IMG/VR virus record: IMGVR_UViG_3300037264_003220
Coordinates: 26,281-90,280 of that record
Length of the DNA stretch: 64,000 bases
Strand: one strand, 5' to 3'
Source: a virus
The stretch's first letter is position 1; every line of letters starts with the position of its first letter. This document shows positions 29,674-38,921 of this stretch, piece after piece. A model generated the notes under the pieces. It searched no databases, was not told the DNA's origin, and saw nothing but the letters and a program-made list of their open reading frames with translations. The translations under genes were made by a program, and so were the position numbers.

Positions 29674-31656
29674 TTACTTTGGTTTTTTAACGCAAAGCGA
29701 CCGCCGATTCATGTAATCTTCAACTTCGAACATTTCATCAGTCATTGGGTCTTTCACTGTCGGTTCTCTGAAAAAAACCATTACCTGCCATCTATTGAGC
29801 GGCTGCACAAATATTGCCATGGCTTTATAAAACGGGACGCATTTTGAGCCGTCGTCATTTAATAAATGCCCATTCAAATCAGGCTGGCTCTCAGAAGGAA
29901 CCCCATCGGGTAAGACGGGACGGCTGGTAGATTTTTGTTCAGGGGCTTTCTTTTGCGGCGCCTTTTCTTCTGATTGCTCTTGAGAATATTCGCTTTGCGG
30001 AGTCGAGATTTTGGTTTGTTTAAATCTTTCATTGGCTACTCCTGTAATCACCCCAGAAGCGTCGTCAATCATCTCTTGCGCGTTCTCATAAATGGCAGTC
30101 AGTGACGTTCTGAAATCAATCAAATTATCCGCTATTTCTTCAGGGTCGACTATTTGCAAACTGCCGTCGGACGTGTCATTGTCGACAGCCCAAAACAAAC
30201 GCCCATCAGCTGAATCTATGTGACCAACGGCTCGATACAATCCTAAGCCAGGCTTATACTCATCCCAATCTATAACGATTTCATTGGGGCTAAAAAATCC
30301 AGACGCCTCGCGAATGCCGTAATCCATCCTGGTCATCAACCCTTTGCTTTCAAGAGCGCTTTCTTCGTAATAACGCCAATCCAAATCTTTCAAAACTTCA
30401 TCATCGGTTTTGCGACGCACGAATTCGATTTCATTGGGATGAACTTCAAAAATGGTTTGACCATTTATCGGAGTCTCCCATCGAACCACGATATCAACAT
30501 CCGCTTCATGGTGCATTTTAGAAATCGCAATGACCTCGCCCTGAGTCTTCGTGTTGATATCTTTGACGATATCGCCAACGCTTAAGGTCAAGGTCTTGTC
30601 TATTTCAGAGCCAAGCTTCATCAAAGAATAATTCCCGTATCCATCCTGAACAAAGGTTCCTTTGCGCAGGAAGCTAAACAAGGAATCCATGGGGTATTTT
30701 TGATGAGACTGGCGCAGTAGCTCGGCTAAATAAGGGGTGATACGCTGGATAAAGATGGGCTGCTGGAGCGGAGAGACTTCGCCATGACTCAAGGTCACGG
30801 CTTTGATGGCTGCCAATTCTTTCTTGTCTCTCACGAGCGGCAGAATATTGTCGATTGAAAATGAAACGCTATTTGCCGTAATCTTGAACTCGCGCCGAAG
30901 CCACGGATTATAAACGGCTCGCACGAACATAGGAGACACGGAAGCGACAGGCGTATAGAAATTCACATCACTCCCAGCGTCACCTGGTACGTCTTCAACA
31001 AGATTCTTGGGCACGCGCATAACTGCAATTTGGTAGCCCTTATGATTCGAGGCAATACTGAGAGAATCCGATAGTGTTTCATCGGCTTTTAACCCTGTCA
31101 TGGTCGGGTCTGTGAATCTGTCCACGGCGGCGTAGAGCGTCAAAAAAGATTGAGCTGACGACTTATAAGAAATCCCCAAATACTGCTCCACCAAAGACCA
31201 GGCAGCGTCAATCTTGCCCTGGTCAATCAATTTTTTGAATTGAGCAATATCTTCCTCGTCAGCCTGCTGTAAAAACTTGGCTGTTTCCATGACTCCCATC
31301 CATCCAGGATAAAACACGGAACGGCGCCGTAGCCGAGATTGAACAGTTCCTTCCGGCTTGCTTACGGATACGATACAGGCTGGGTCTATGATTTTCTTGG
31401 CATAGATTCCCAGAGGTTCAATGATTGTCACAGCGTCTTTAGGAACATCCAACTCGACTACGGCAGGCTTTCCGAGCATGGCGTCTGGGAAAGCCAGTTT
31501 AAAATCATCACTGACGTTTGATTGAATCAACGCAAATGAAAGAGCTTCGTCAAACGAATCTGTTAAAAAGGCGGGCTGCTTGTTTGACCAATCCCAAATT
31601 CCAATTTTCGCCACTTTGCTGGCTATAATGTCCGTCGTTCCGTAAAAGAGTTTCAT
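29674..31656 (-). CDS. Multi-domain protein with two degenerate ADP-ribosyltransferase-like domains and an SH3-like domain
   Basis: MKLFYGTT...AFLTDSFDEALSFA...PAVVELDVP; second copy LTLYAA...IAVMRVP...VSPMFV; LSVGDIVKD. Confidence 0.45.
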   Translation of the reverse strand: MKLFYGTTDIIASKVAKIGIWDWSNKQPAFLTDSFDEALSFALIQSNVSDDFKLAFPDAMLGKPAVVELDVPKDAVTIIEPLGIYAKKIIDPACIVSVSKPEGTVQSRLRRRSVFYPGWMGVMETAKFLQQADEEDIAQFKKLIDQGKIDAAWSLVEQYLGISYKSSAQSFLTLYAAVDRFTDPTMTGLKADETLSDSLSIASNHKGYQIAVMRVPKNLVEDVPGDAGSDVNFYTPVASVSPMFVRAVYNPWLRREFKITANSVSFSIDNILPLVRDKKELAAIKAVTLSHGEVSPLQQPIFIQRITPYLAELLRQSHQKYPMDSLFSFLRKGTFVQDGYGNYSLMKLGSEIDKTLTLSVGDIVKDINTKTQGEVIAISKMHHEADVDIVVRWETPINGQTIFEVHPNEIEFVRRKTDDEVLKDLDWRYYEESALESKGLMTRMDYGIREASGFFSPNEIVIDWDEYKPGLGLYRAVGHIDSADGRLFWAVDNDTSDGSLQIVDPEEIADNLIDFRTSLTAIYENAQEMIDDASGVITGVANERFKQTKISTPQSEYSQEQSEEKAPQKKAPEQKSTSRPVLPDGVPSESQPDLNGHLLNDDGSKCVPFYKAMAIFVQPLNRWQVMVFFREPTVKDPMTDEMFEVEDYMNRRSLCVKKPK

Positions 31657-32096
31657 ATGTTCGTCTCCCCCTGAAGTCCAAAACTATCAACACGAATGGG
31701 CCTTAATTCAGCATTGTCGCGGCAATAAATGATGAGAGAACAACTTTTGTCGCCAGGATGTGAGCGCTCAAATAGAGGGGCGTCGTGCATCAGACCACTC
31801 AAAAACTGCGTCAAGTCCCAACGCTGCCCATGCAAAGCCACGCACACGTCATGGGTCGACGCGCCGCTGTCCCATTGCACGGTGTCATATCCGCGTGATT
31901 GAAGGCTTTGCAAAATCGGGCGCGACATGTCCTTGCGGTGATTGCCTGGCCCAGGCCCAGTTTGCACAGTAGGAGATTTTGGGGTCTTCTTGGGCGCGGG
32001 TGTTTGAGTTGGCGACAGCTTGCGCTTAAGCCAATTCCAAGCGTCTCCGATTCCGAGAGCTTTTCTGGTGATATTTGAGACCGTTGTCCAGCTCAT
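31653..32096 (-). CDS. MuF-like (head morphogenesis) small protein
   Basis: VQWD...DVCVALHG...SHPGDKSC resembles the MuF W...C..C..L.G...HP.C.C motif; MSWTTVS leader. Confidence 0.5.
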   Translation of the reverse strand: MSWTTVSNITRKALGIGDAWNWLKRKLSPTQTPAPKKTPKSPTVQTGPGPGNHRKDMSRPILQSLQSRGYDTVQWDSGASTHDVCVALHGQRWDLTQFLSGLMHDAPLFERSHPGDKSCSLIIYCRDNAELRPIRVDSFGLQGETNI

Positions 32097-32192
32097 TTTT
32101 ATCGTCCCTCAAAAACAATCTTATAAATCAATACGTTTTTCATTTATGATTCACGCAACTCAATCGTATTCTTTAAGTAGGAGGGTACAAAT

Positions 32193-32663
32193 ATGAAACC
32201 GAACAAAGTCTGGTTCCCGCAATTGGGAAAATATGTCGAAGTCAGCTACAAGCCTTTCAAATGTCAAGCATGGGAAAGCCTGCAAAACACTCATAAAAGC
32301 AGTTACTGGTCTAACTTCAACGTCTTCGAGTTTCTGTTTCGACTTGTCGTTTTCTTGTTCGTATTCCTGCCACTCAGTTACTTCTGTCTCGCCGTTTATT
32401 TCGGCATGTTTGGTGCAAAATGGGGCTTCATTATCATTGGCGTCGCCTACTGTCTTATCATTGCGTGCATCTTGAGCAACACCAAGCCAACGCAATTCAT
32501 TCCCACTGTTGGGATGATTATTCAAGGTACTGCTTTGTTGCCATTCCTATTCATTGGCGGATTCATCCTGGGGCAAGCCCCTTTCGGAAGTTCCACCATT
32601 GCGGGCATCGGCGCAAGCCTTGTGTCAGCATCCCCTCCAGGGAGTAAAAGCCATGACAATTAA
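32193..32663 (+). CDS. Multi-pass membrane protein on the opposite strand (moron-like)
   Basis: AGGAGG RBS before ATG; 3-4 hydrophobic segments; AT-rich upstream gap. Confidence 0.65.
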   Translation: MKPNKVWFPQLGKYVEVSYKPFKCQAWESLQNTHKSSYWSNFNVFEFLFRLVVFLFVFLPLSYFCLAVYFGMFGAKWGFIIIGVAYCLIIACILSNTKPTQFIPTVGMIIQGTALLPFLFIGGFILGQAPFGSSTIAGIGASLVSASPPGSKSHDN

Positions 32664-32808
32664 TCTTCTCAAAAACTTCATCCGTTACAAATTGGGGCTG
32701 TCCAAAACGTCCTTCAAGGGTCGCCGTCCCTGGCTCATCCTGTTTTGGACATGCCTCTGGCTCGACCTATCTCGATTCTTTACCCGCCATCCCTCGGAGG
32801 CTGAGTAA
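32653..32808 (+). CDS. Small basic/hydrophobic protein (51 aa)
   Basis: GGAG at 32641 then ATG at 32653: MTINLLKNFIRYKLG...; coupled to the preceding + gene. Confidence 0.4.
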   Translation: MTINLLKNFIRYKLGLSKTSFKGRRPWLILFWTCLWLDLSRFFTRHPSEAE

Positions 32809-33187
32809 CCCTGTCCATTATCTCTGAATGACCTGCCGGAGGGCTGGCGGGGTCGATGATGGGCTGATTCTTGTATTTGGGTCTCAACCTATCTCGTTCC
32901 CTGGTATATCCCTGCGCCGCGTCTTCCTCGGTGGTTGGGTCGGCGCCCATGGCTGATGGGGACTCGCCTTCACCGTCATCCGTAAAATTATCCCCAGTTT
33001 GAACCGTAGAAGGATTGGCATCGTTCAAATCCCAACGACCAGCTTCAATATCGGCAGACGTAATGACCCAATGGGAATCAAGACCATAAACGCGGCTGCG
33101 CAGCCCGATTTTGCCGTTTTGAAGCCATTTCACAAAACCATGGCGATGCCCCACTTTGTCAATCAACCAATCCCCGACTTTAAGCAC
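32780..33187 (-). CDS. Hypothetical protein with N-terminal SH3/KOW-like domain
   Basis: LKVGDWLID..G..G.V; AAGGAG RBS. Confidence 0.55.
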   Translation of the reverse strand: MLKVGDWLIDKVGHRHGFVKWLQNGKIGLRSRVYGLDSHWVITSADIEAGRWDLNDANPSTVQTGDNFTDDGEGESPSAMGADPTTEEDAAQGYTRERDRLRPKYKNQPIIDPASPPAGHSEIMDRVTQPPRDGG

Positions 33188-33386
33188 CAGCGGTCTCCTT
33201 TTGAGCCTTGAACGCTTTCATTTCATCAACCGTGTCGAATCTTGGACACTTGCCCTTTACCAGTTCCTTGGTGCTGACGATGCAATGGCACACCGAACAC
33301 CGCAATATGCCAATGTAAACACCAAACAAATCCCGCTTACTTAGCGGGCATTGGCTACACACTTCGTTTGAAACGACGAATGCCAT
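33180..33386 (-). CDS. Small Cys-rich (Zn-binding) protein
   Basis: CSQC, CSVC, C; start at MAFVV. Confidence 0.45.
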   Translation of the reverse strand: MAFVVSNEVCSQCPLSKRDLFGVYIGILRCSVCHCIVSTKELVKGKCPRFDTVDEMKAFKAQKETAGA

Positions 33387-33579
33387 TTTGACTCGATATT
33401 TTGAATTTCTGTCTATGTTCCAACAAATGCGGTGCGCAAAGAACATGACCTGGAGCCGCCTTCTCTTTGCACAGAGGGCATAATCCCATTCTTTTTAAAC
33501 ACTCGTATTGCTGTTTCGCATTACAAGCAAAGACTGAGACTCGTCCATTCCCGTTCGGGCCGCAAGCCGTTTTTTTCAT
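33355..33579 (-). CDS. Small Zn-finger protein
   Basis: MKKTA start; GLCPLC...LC..H; ATGA overlap with the upstream gene. Confidence 0.5.
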   Translation of the reverse strand: MKKTACGPNGNGRVSVFACNAKQQYECLKRMGLCPLCKEKAAPGHVLCAPHLLEHRQKFKISSQNGIRRFKRSV

Positions 33580-35003
33580 CTTTTGGTAAAGTCTGTCGGA
33601 ACCAAGCCTTTTTCAATGTTGCCAATAATGGCGTCAAAACACCCTTTACAGTCAAACCTGTAATGAGCCAATTTAATCAAGTCCACATCTTTCCGGCTGG
33701 CAAATTTCTTCGCCATTTCAACGCTGACCGCGCTCACTTCGTCCTGGCTCGCAATCTTCTTCGCAAACTCCGGCTCGGCGCTGGCTCGCTTGCTGATGGA
33801 TTCGATAATCGTCTTCGCCAAGTCAGCTTCAGGAACCGATGCTTCGATTTTGACTTCAGCAGTCGTCGGAGCGGCAGTTGCCGTGGTCGTCACGCAATCA
33901 AGGCATGAAGTATAAGCAGCCTGCTTCTTGGTTTTGCCTTTCTGACCCTTGAACCCAGCGTCAGCGATTTTGGCTTCCACGCATTTATCCAGGGCTTCCG
34001 CTTCTTCGCGCGTCTTGGCAACCACGTGGATGCCTTCGTCCCGCTTCATGAATCCGCCCATGGCTTCCTTCCAGCCGCCCATTTGACGAGGTTTCACTCG
34101 GTCAAGAGTGCGGGCAATGGCGGTAATCATCTTGTCGATTCTTTCCACCATGTTATTGGAAGACTCAATCCCGATATGAGCAAGAGCCTTGCCGAACATT
34201 TCCTGGTCGACAGTCTCATTGGTGGCTTGGCAGTAAAACCCGTAGAGAGTGGCATATTCATTCGCCATCTCAGAGTAAGAAGCAAACCGCGAAGGAAGCG
34301 CTGGTTCCGCATCCTGAACTTCAGGATTTTTCAACCAAGCATTGATTTTTTCCAAGCTGGCATCCTTCTCAGTCATCTTCTTGCCTTTCTCTTTGTAATC
34401 TTCGCCGCTTACATCTGATTTATGAGTTTCAGATTTGATGGCGCCTTGGTCGCCTTCCGGCGCCTTGGTCTTTTCTTGATTGCCTTCTTCTTTATATTCC
34501 TCGCCAATCTTTTCATCTTTGGTGGTTTTCTGAGAAATAGATTTCTGGTCTCCGCTCGGTTCATCAAGAACCTTGGTCGACTCTCCATCTTTTTCCTTAA
34601 AGTCATATCCAATGGATTTATCCGTTGTGCCTGGTTTGATATCCTTGTTGGCTACGCCAGGAGTCGCGTCGGCTTTCTTAAGCCATTTCGCTGTCATGGT
34701 CTTGCCTTCAGACATGACATCGAGCGCCGGAGCTTCTGTGGTGGTTTTCTGCGAGATTGCTTTCTGGTCTCCTTCAGGAGCGTTGGTCTTTTCCTGGTTG
34801 TCGACGCGTTTGTATTCCGCGCCAATAGCTTCGTCCGGCTTCGTTGTTTCTTTGGGTTCTGCCTGAGTTCCTTCCGGCTCGTCCATTATTTTCGCTTTAT
34901 CTTCTTCTTTAAATTCTTGCCCAATCGTTGAATCTTCCGTCCCTGGTTTAATGTCCTTGTTAGGAACGCCCGTGGTTACATCTGCTTTTTTAGACCATTG
35001 CAT
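33576..35003 (-). CDS. Acidic, internally repeated putative internal head protein
   Basis: MQWSKKAD leader; duplicated KKADxTxGVxNKDIKPGT modules; strong AAGGAGG RBS. Confidence 0.6.
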   Translation of the reverse strand: MQWSKKADVTTGVPNKDIKPGTEDSTIGQEFKEEDKAKIMDEPEGTQAEPKETTKPDEAIGAEYKRVDNQEKTNAPEGDQKAISQKTTTEAPALDVMSEGKTMTAKWLKKADATPGVANKDIKPGTTDKSIGYDFKEKDGESTKVLDEPSGDQKSISQKTTKDEKIGEEYKEEGNQEKTKAPEGDQGAIKSETHKSDVSGEDYKEKGKKMTEKDASLEKINAWLKNPEVQDAEPALPSRFASYSEMANEYATLYGFYCQATNETVDQEMFGKALAHIGIESSNNMVERIDKMITAIARTLDRVKPRQMGGWKEAMGGFMKRDEGIHVVAKTREEAEALDKCVEAKIADAGFKGQKGKTKKQAAYTSCLDCVTTTATAAPTTAEVKIEASVPEADLAKTIIESISKRASAEPEFAKKIASQDEVSAVSVEMAKKFASRKDVDLIKLAHYRFDCKGCFDAIIGNIEKGLVPTDFTKR

Positions 35004-35102
35004 TGTGATTCCTCCTTAAATTAACTTTATAAGTTCATTCGGCTTTTGCTCGGTGAATCACCAACGCATCCGCCATTTACGACAGAAATCTTTTCGTTTT
35101 CT

Positions 35103-35867
35103 TTATCGACCCATCGAATTAAAAATATCGAGAATGTTCGAAACGCCTCTCGACATGACGCCGCCAATACCGACGGGCAATTGCATAGTGCCGACGCTCT
35201 CGCCTTGGAACGCAAATTCAAGTTTGATAAGAGCCAGAAGGTCGTTCACTATTTTTTGCACGTTCGTCAGCGCCTGATTTATTTTGGCGCCACGGTCAAT
35301 ATTGAGAGACAATCCGTTGTCGCTGTAACTGAAGTCGTTGATGGAAAGCCCCAGGTATTTATTCATCAGCGTAAACAACTGAGCCAAATACATCAACATG
35401 GCTTCATACCCGCAGCAAGGGAAATTCTCAATAGTGAAGCACGTCACAGGCGGATAAATATTGAAGGCGCCAAGCGCGAAATTAAGACCGACGAGAAGCT
35501 CTTGGTCTGTAAATTGCTTCCCCGTATTTGGGTCGGCGGTCAAAACAGTTCCCAACATCTCCCTGAGCAGGTAAACGAGACGCGCTTCTTTCGGCGTCAG
35601 GTCGAGAAAGGCAGGGTTATATCCAGAAGCTTGATTCGCAACTGAATCAAAAAACTTAATGGTATAGAATTTATCCCTGCCATTCTCGGCTGAACTGTCG
35701 ACATAAGAAGTGATAAACGCGGGCGGGCAATTCGCAATTCCAGAAGGAACCGTGGCAATCAGGAAATAAGGGTTCGCTTCTGAAGTTGACCGATAAATCT
35801 GAATCTGGTCATAATTGGCTTGACCAGCGATACTCGGCGGAATTGTCCAGTTTATCTGTGTGCTCAA
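35103..35867 (-). CDS. Head-tail adaptor (neck) protein
   Basis: LREML...FTDQELL...ALGAFNIYPP...DFSYSDNGLSLNIDR helical adaptor pattern with an Ig-like N-terminus. Confidence 0.65.
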   Translation of the reverse strand: MSTQINWTIPPSIAGQANYDQIQIYRSTSEANPYFLIATVPSGIANCPPAFITSYVDSSAENGRDKFYTIKFFDSVANQASGYNPAFLDLTPKEARLVYLLREMLGTVLTADPNTGKQFTDQELLVGLNFALGAFNIYPPVTCFTIENFPCCGYEAMLMYLAQLFTLMNKYLGLSINDFSYSDNGLSLNIDRGAKINQALTNVQKIVNDLLALIKLEFAFQGESVGTMQLPVGIGGVMSRGVSNILDIFNSMGR

Positions 35868-36460
35868 GAAGCCTCCTCGTGGGCCGCGTCGTCAACCAAT
35901 ATTTCAGGAACAGAATCATCCTTCACTATAATGACCTTCCGCTTCCCTTCCTTCATTTCATCAGGGTTCATCACAACCACGGGCAAGCACATGACTCCGC
36001 CATGTTCAACCAAAGGAAGCTTGAACCATTTTCTTTTGGCAGAGGCATATCCGTACATGTGCTCATTCTTGCGGCTATCGTCCTTTTCGTAAGGCGGCAA
36101 CACGCCATAGCTGTGAACCTTGATGCGAGCTTCCAATTGTTCGTCAGGAACATCGACAGAGCCGAACATAACTTTAAACCAATAGTCTTCCTGTGACGAT
36201 AAGCGGTTGTCCTCGTGACGAACCAGAGCCATATCAGTTTCAGGAATTTCAATTTTAATGCCTTCGCCAGAAGCCGTCCCGTATCTCACGGGACGGTAAA
36301 TGTCATTGTCTTCAACGGCGATAGAAATGTTGTCTTTTTGATTCGGGCTTAATCCCTTGGTATCCCACAGAAGCGTGATAAGCTCCTGCGTCCGGCGATA
36401 AACTCGCAATCGAATGGGCGGCTTTTGAAGCTGTCCTTGTGTTGGCGTTGTAATTGTCAT
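35864..36460 (-). CDS. Hypothetical protein (Ig/Fn3-like)
   Basis: ITLLWD...DYWFKV; GGAG RBS. Confidence 0.5.
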   Translation of the reverse strand: MTITTPTQGQLQKPPIRLRVYRRTQELITLLWDTKGLSPNQKDNISIAVEDNDIYRPVRYGTASGEGIKIEIPETDMALVRHEDNRLSSQEDYWFKVMFGSVDVPDEQLEARIKVHSYGVLPPYEKDDSRKNEHMYGYASAKRKWFKLPLVEHGGVMCLPVVVMNPDEMKEGKRKVIIVKDDSVPEILVDDAAHEEAS

Positions 36461-36479
36461 TTCAGTTTTCTCCTAATTA

Positions 36480-37757
36480 TTAAACGATTTGAAGTTGAGC
36501 TATCCGTTGTTCAATCATCTTATGAACGGGAAGTTCATGCGGAATGTGCTCAGCCATAACCGCTAACTTTTCAACGTCATTTTCTTTCACAACAAACATC
36601 TTCTGCTCATTCAGACTCTTGGCTAAAAAATCAACAACAAACTTCGGAGCAGCCTTACTTGCTGTCGGCTTTTCCGCTTGCTTAGCGCCTTCTTTTTGCG
36701 CCTTCAGCTTTTTTTGATAATTTTTATTCCATAGACGTTTCTTTTCGGTTTGCGACATCTCTCGCGCCGTGTGCTTAATAGCGCTTGATACCATCTCTCC
36801 CGTGGTAATTTCTTCACCGCCAAGAGGATTGGCTTTAGAGCCATTCATCACAATAGAGCTTTCGTCTATTTCAACTTCCGGCACGTCTGATGTTGCAACC
36901 GCGCGATGCAGCTTCTCGGACACAAGCGTTTCCGAATTGACCAGCTGTCCGTCCATTACTATTTCCACTCCGCCATGCACAGGCGGTCTGCTCTTGACTT
37001 CATCAGTGGTGAAGCGCCGCCCTGAAACAGGCGTATCGACTTCGGGACGTGACGGTCTCCCCTGCATTTGGCTGGCGGGAAGGCTGGTTCGATTACGAAT
37101 CACGTCATCGGCGTGCATCCTGGAATTATTCTTAACATCGAAGTTCTTTTGCTGAGCCGGAGTAACCAATCCGCGCTTCAACACTTCAGATGCTTTTAGG
37201 GTGGTGCGCTGAGCTTCAGTAGGCTGACTCACGGCATACTGGTCAACAGTGAGCATCGCGTCTTCAACGGCGTAAGCCACGCGCCCATCGGAGAGCTTGA
37301 TTTGCCATCGCCCGTCGGTTCCTCTACGCCCAGATATCTTGCCGGACATATTGGATGGGCCTTTGATGTAAACAAAGTCTCCAATGTTAAATTTTGGATT
37401 TACGAACTCAGTTCCTTGGGACGCGACCGTGCTGGCGCCGCGCTCTCCCAAATCCTGGACATCAACTCCTTCCGGCACAACGCGCCGTAACGGTGGGTTA
37501 AATTCCGGCGTGCGCGACAAAGGATTAGTCTTGCCGGACTTCTTTAAAGGAGGGAATGATTCTTCAATGTCTTCTTCTTGGGTTAAAATACCCAAATGAA
37601 AAAAGCGGCGAAGGTCGCTTGATTGGCGAACCTCGTCGGCTGAGAAACTACGGCTGACTTCACGAGGCGCAATGCTGGCGGGCCTCGAAAGGTCGTTAAT
37701 AATGATTGTACTGTCGGTTGTATTGCGAAACCAATAATATTCTTGTTCTGTAGTCAT
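36480..37757 (-). CDS. Hypothetical protein downstream of capsid, SH3-like domain
   Basis: AAGGAG RBS; FNIGDFVYIKG...SGKI...WQIKLSDG. Confidence 0.6.
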   Translation of the reverse strand: MTTEQEYYWFRNTTDSTIIINDLSRPASIAPREVSRSFSADEVRQSSDLRRFFHLGILTQEEDIEESFPPLKKSGKTNPLSRTPEFNPPLRRVVPEGVDVQDLGERGASTVASQGTEFVNPKFNIGDFVYIKGPSNMSGKISGRRGTDGRWQIKLSDGRVAYAVEDAMLTVDQYAVSQPTEAQRTTLKASEVLKRGLVTPAQQKNFDVKNNSRMHADDVIRNRTSLPASQMQGRPSRPEVDTPVSGRRFTTDEVKSRPPVHGGVEIVMDGQLVNSETLVSEKLHRAVATSDVPEVEIDESSIVMNGSKANPLGGEEITTGEMVSSAIKHTAREMSQTEKKRLWNKNYQKKLKAQKEGAKQAEKPTASKAAPKFVVDFLAKSLNEQKMFVVKENDVEKLAVMAEHIPHELPVHKMIEQRIAQLQIV

Positions 37758-37830
37758 GATGTATCTCCTTTTCTTTTTATCAGAGTTCTAGTTCGAGACT
37801 TCTTGAACTTTGCTTCTTTACTTCAGTAAG

Positions 37831-37870
37831 GGAGTGGGGAGCCGAGCCTTTCAGCCCGACTCCCCAATCC
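37831..37870 (-). terminator. GC-rich hairpin after the major capsid gene (terminator or mRNA stabiliser)
   Basis: GGGGAGTCGGGCT-GAAA-GGCTCGGCTCCCC; U-tract weak. Confidence 0.55.
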
Positions 37871-37894
37871 AGTGAATCAATAACTCTCTAGGAC

Positions 37895-38893
37895 TTAAAC
37901 GATGTCGAGTTCAACAACACCAGCGGTGTTATGGATACCCATACCGATTTGTTCCCAGCCGTAAATATCATACTGACCTTGCGGAACGTTATCGAAGATT
38001 TTCACTTCGACTTTTTTCCGTTCAGGCAGACGACCGAGTTTATCAGGTGTAGTAACCACAAACACTTTACCAACTGGATTACGAGTGCTGACAATCAGCT
38101 TCATCCCGAAGATGCTGCCGAAATATCCTGTTTCCACGACAGTGTTCAGTGTTACCTGGTCAATGTCGTTCGACGGGAATTTCAACAGGTCTGCATATTG
38201 CTTGGGGTTCATGAGAACCGTGGAAGCAATGAGCTGATTCGATGTGATGGAACCCACCATGTCGGCCAACACTGTCTTTGTGACAGCGCTAGACGAGAAC
38301 GGTGTGTTCGGGGACACGGCAGAAGCCGCAGCCAACACACGGAAAAACTCATCATCCTCAGCAATCGCCATCGCTATGGCGACGCGCTCTTTGGCGCGGT
38401 CGAACACAGGATAACGACGAACTTGGATGTCTTCATATTTCACGACTTCATCAATCCCCAAAACAAATGTCGGGAACTGCACACGACGAACGTTTGTCTC
38501 AAAGACGGTGGGAGACCCAAGAGCGGCGAGTTTAACCGCGCCGAATTCGGGAATATCAACGTCATAGATAGGGAAGTCACCTTGCGGCATTTCGTCCACA
38601 AGAAGAACCTTTCTATCCACAGAGACATAATCCAAACGAGTCTTCAAGGGCAACTGCATGGAATAAGCCAGTCTACGGAAGCCATTCGGCCCCGAAAGAA
38701 TCTGGGAAAGCGCATCTTCCATCTGCTGGGGCGGAACGCTGGGAAGCAGAGGAGCATTACCCGCAGTGCGGGCAAAGCCTCCATTTCCGAGCTGTCCTGA
38801 ACCAACAGAGGAAGCGGCCTTCATGATTTGGGCAATGAAACGGTCTTTAGCCGCTCCATTTAATTCGCCCATCAGGTTTTGTCCTGGTAGCAT
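37895..38893 (-). CDS. Major capsid protein (HK97 fold)
   Basis: RLDYVSVDRKVLLVDEMPQG..P.YD, AMAIAED..F, LMNPKQYADL, G.IFGMKLIVS, GWEQIGMGI.N..GV; canonical gene order. Confidence 0.9.
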   Translation of the reverse strand: MLPGQNLMGELNGAAKDRFIAQIMKAASSVGSGQLGNGGFARTAGNAPLLPSVPPQQMEDALSQILSGPNGFRRLAYSMQLPLKTRLDYVSVDRKVLLVDEMPQGDFPIYDVDIPEFGAVKLAALGSPTVFETNVRRVQFPTFVLGIDEVVKYEDIQVRRYPVFDRAKERVAIAMAIAEDDEFFRVLAAASAVSPNTPFSSSAVTKTVLADMVGSITSNQLIASTVLMNPKQYADLLKFPSNDIDQVTLNTVVETGYFGSIFGMKLIVSTRNPVGKVFVVTTPDKLGRLPERKKVEVKIFDNVPQGQYDIYGWEQIGMGIHNTAGVVELDIV

Positions 38894-38921
38894 GTTAGTC
38901 TCCTGTTTAGTTCAAGTCCGC

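Noticed and set aside
32160-32525. Minus-strand 121-aa ORF
   Set aside because: Antisense to the plus-strand membrane gene, which has the better RBS and a coherent hydrophobicity pattern. Not fully excluded.
37931-38800. Long plus-strand ORFs (also 14107..14814, 23983..24639, 35046..35645, 41407..42054, 51326..51985)
   Set aside because: Antisense shadows of well-supported minus-strand genes, with no recognisable motifs.
37895-38893. Encapsulin shell protein
   Set aside because: The HK97 fold is shared, but the context (portal, protease, decoration, adaptor) is that of a phage capsid.
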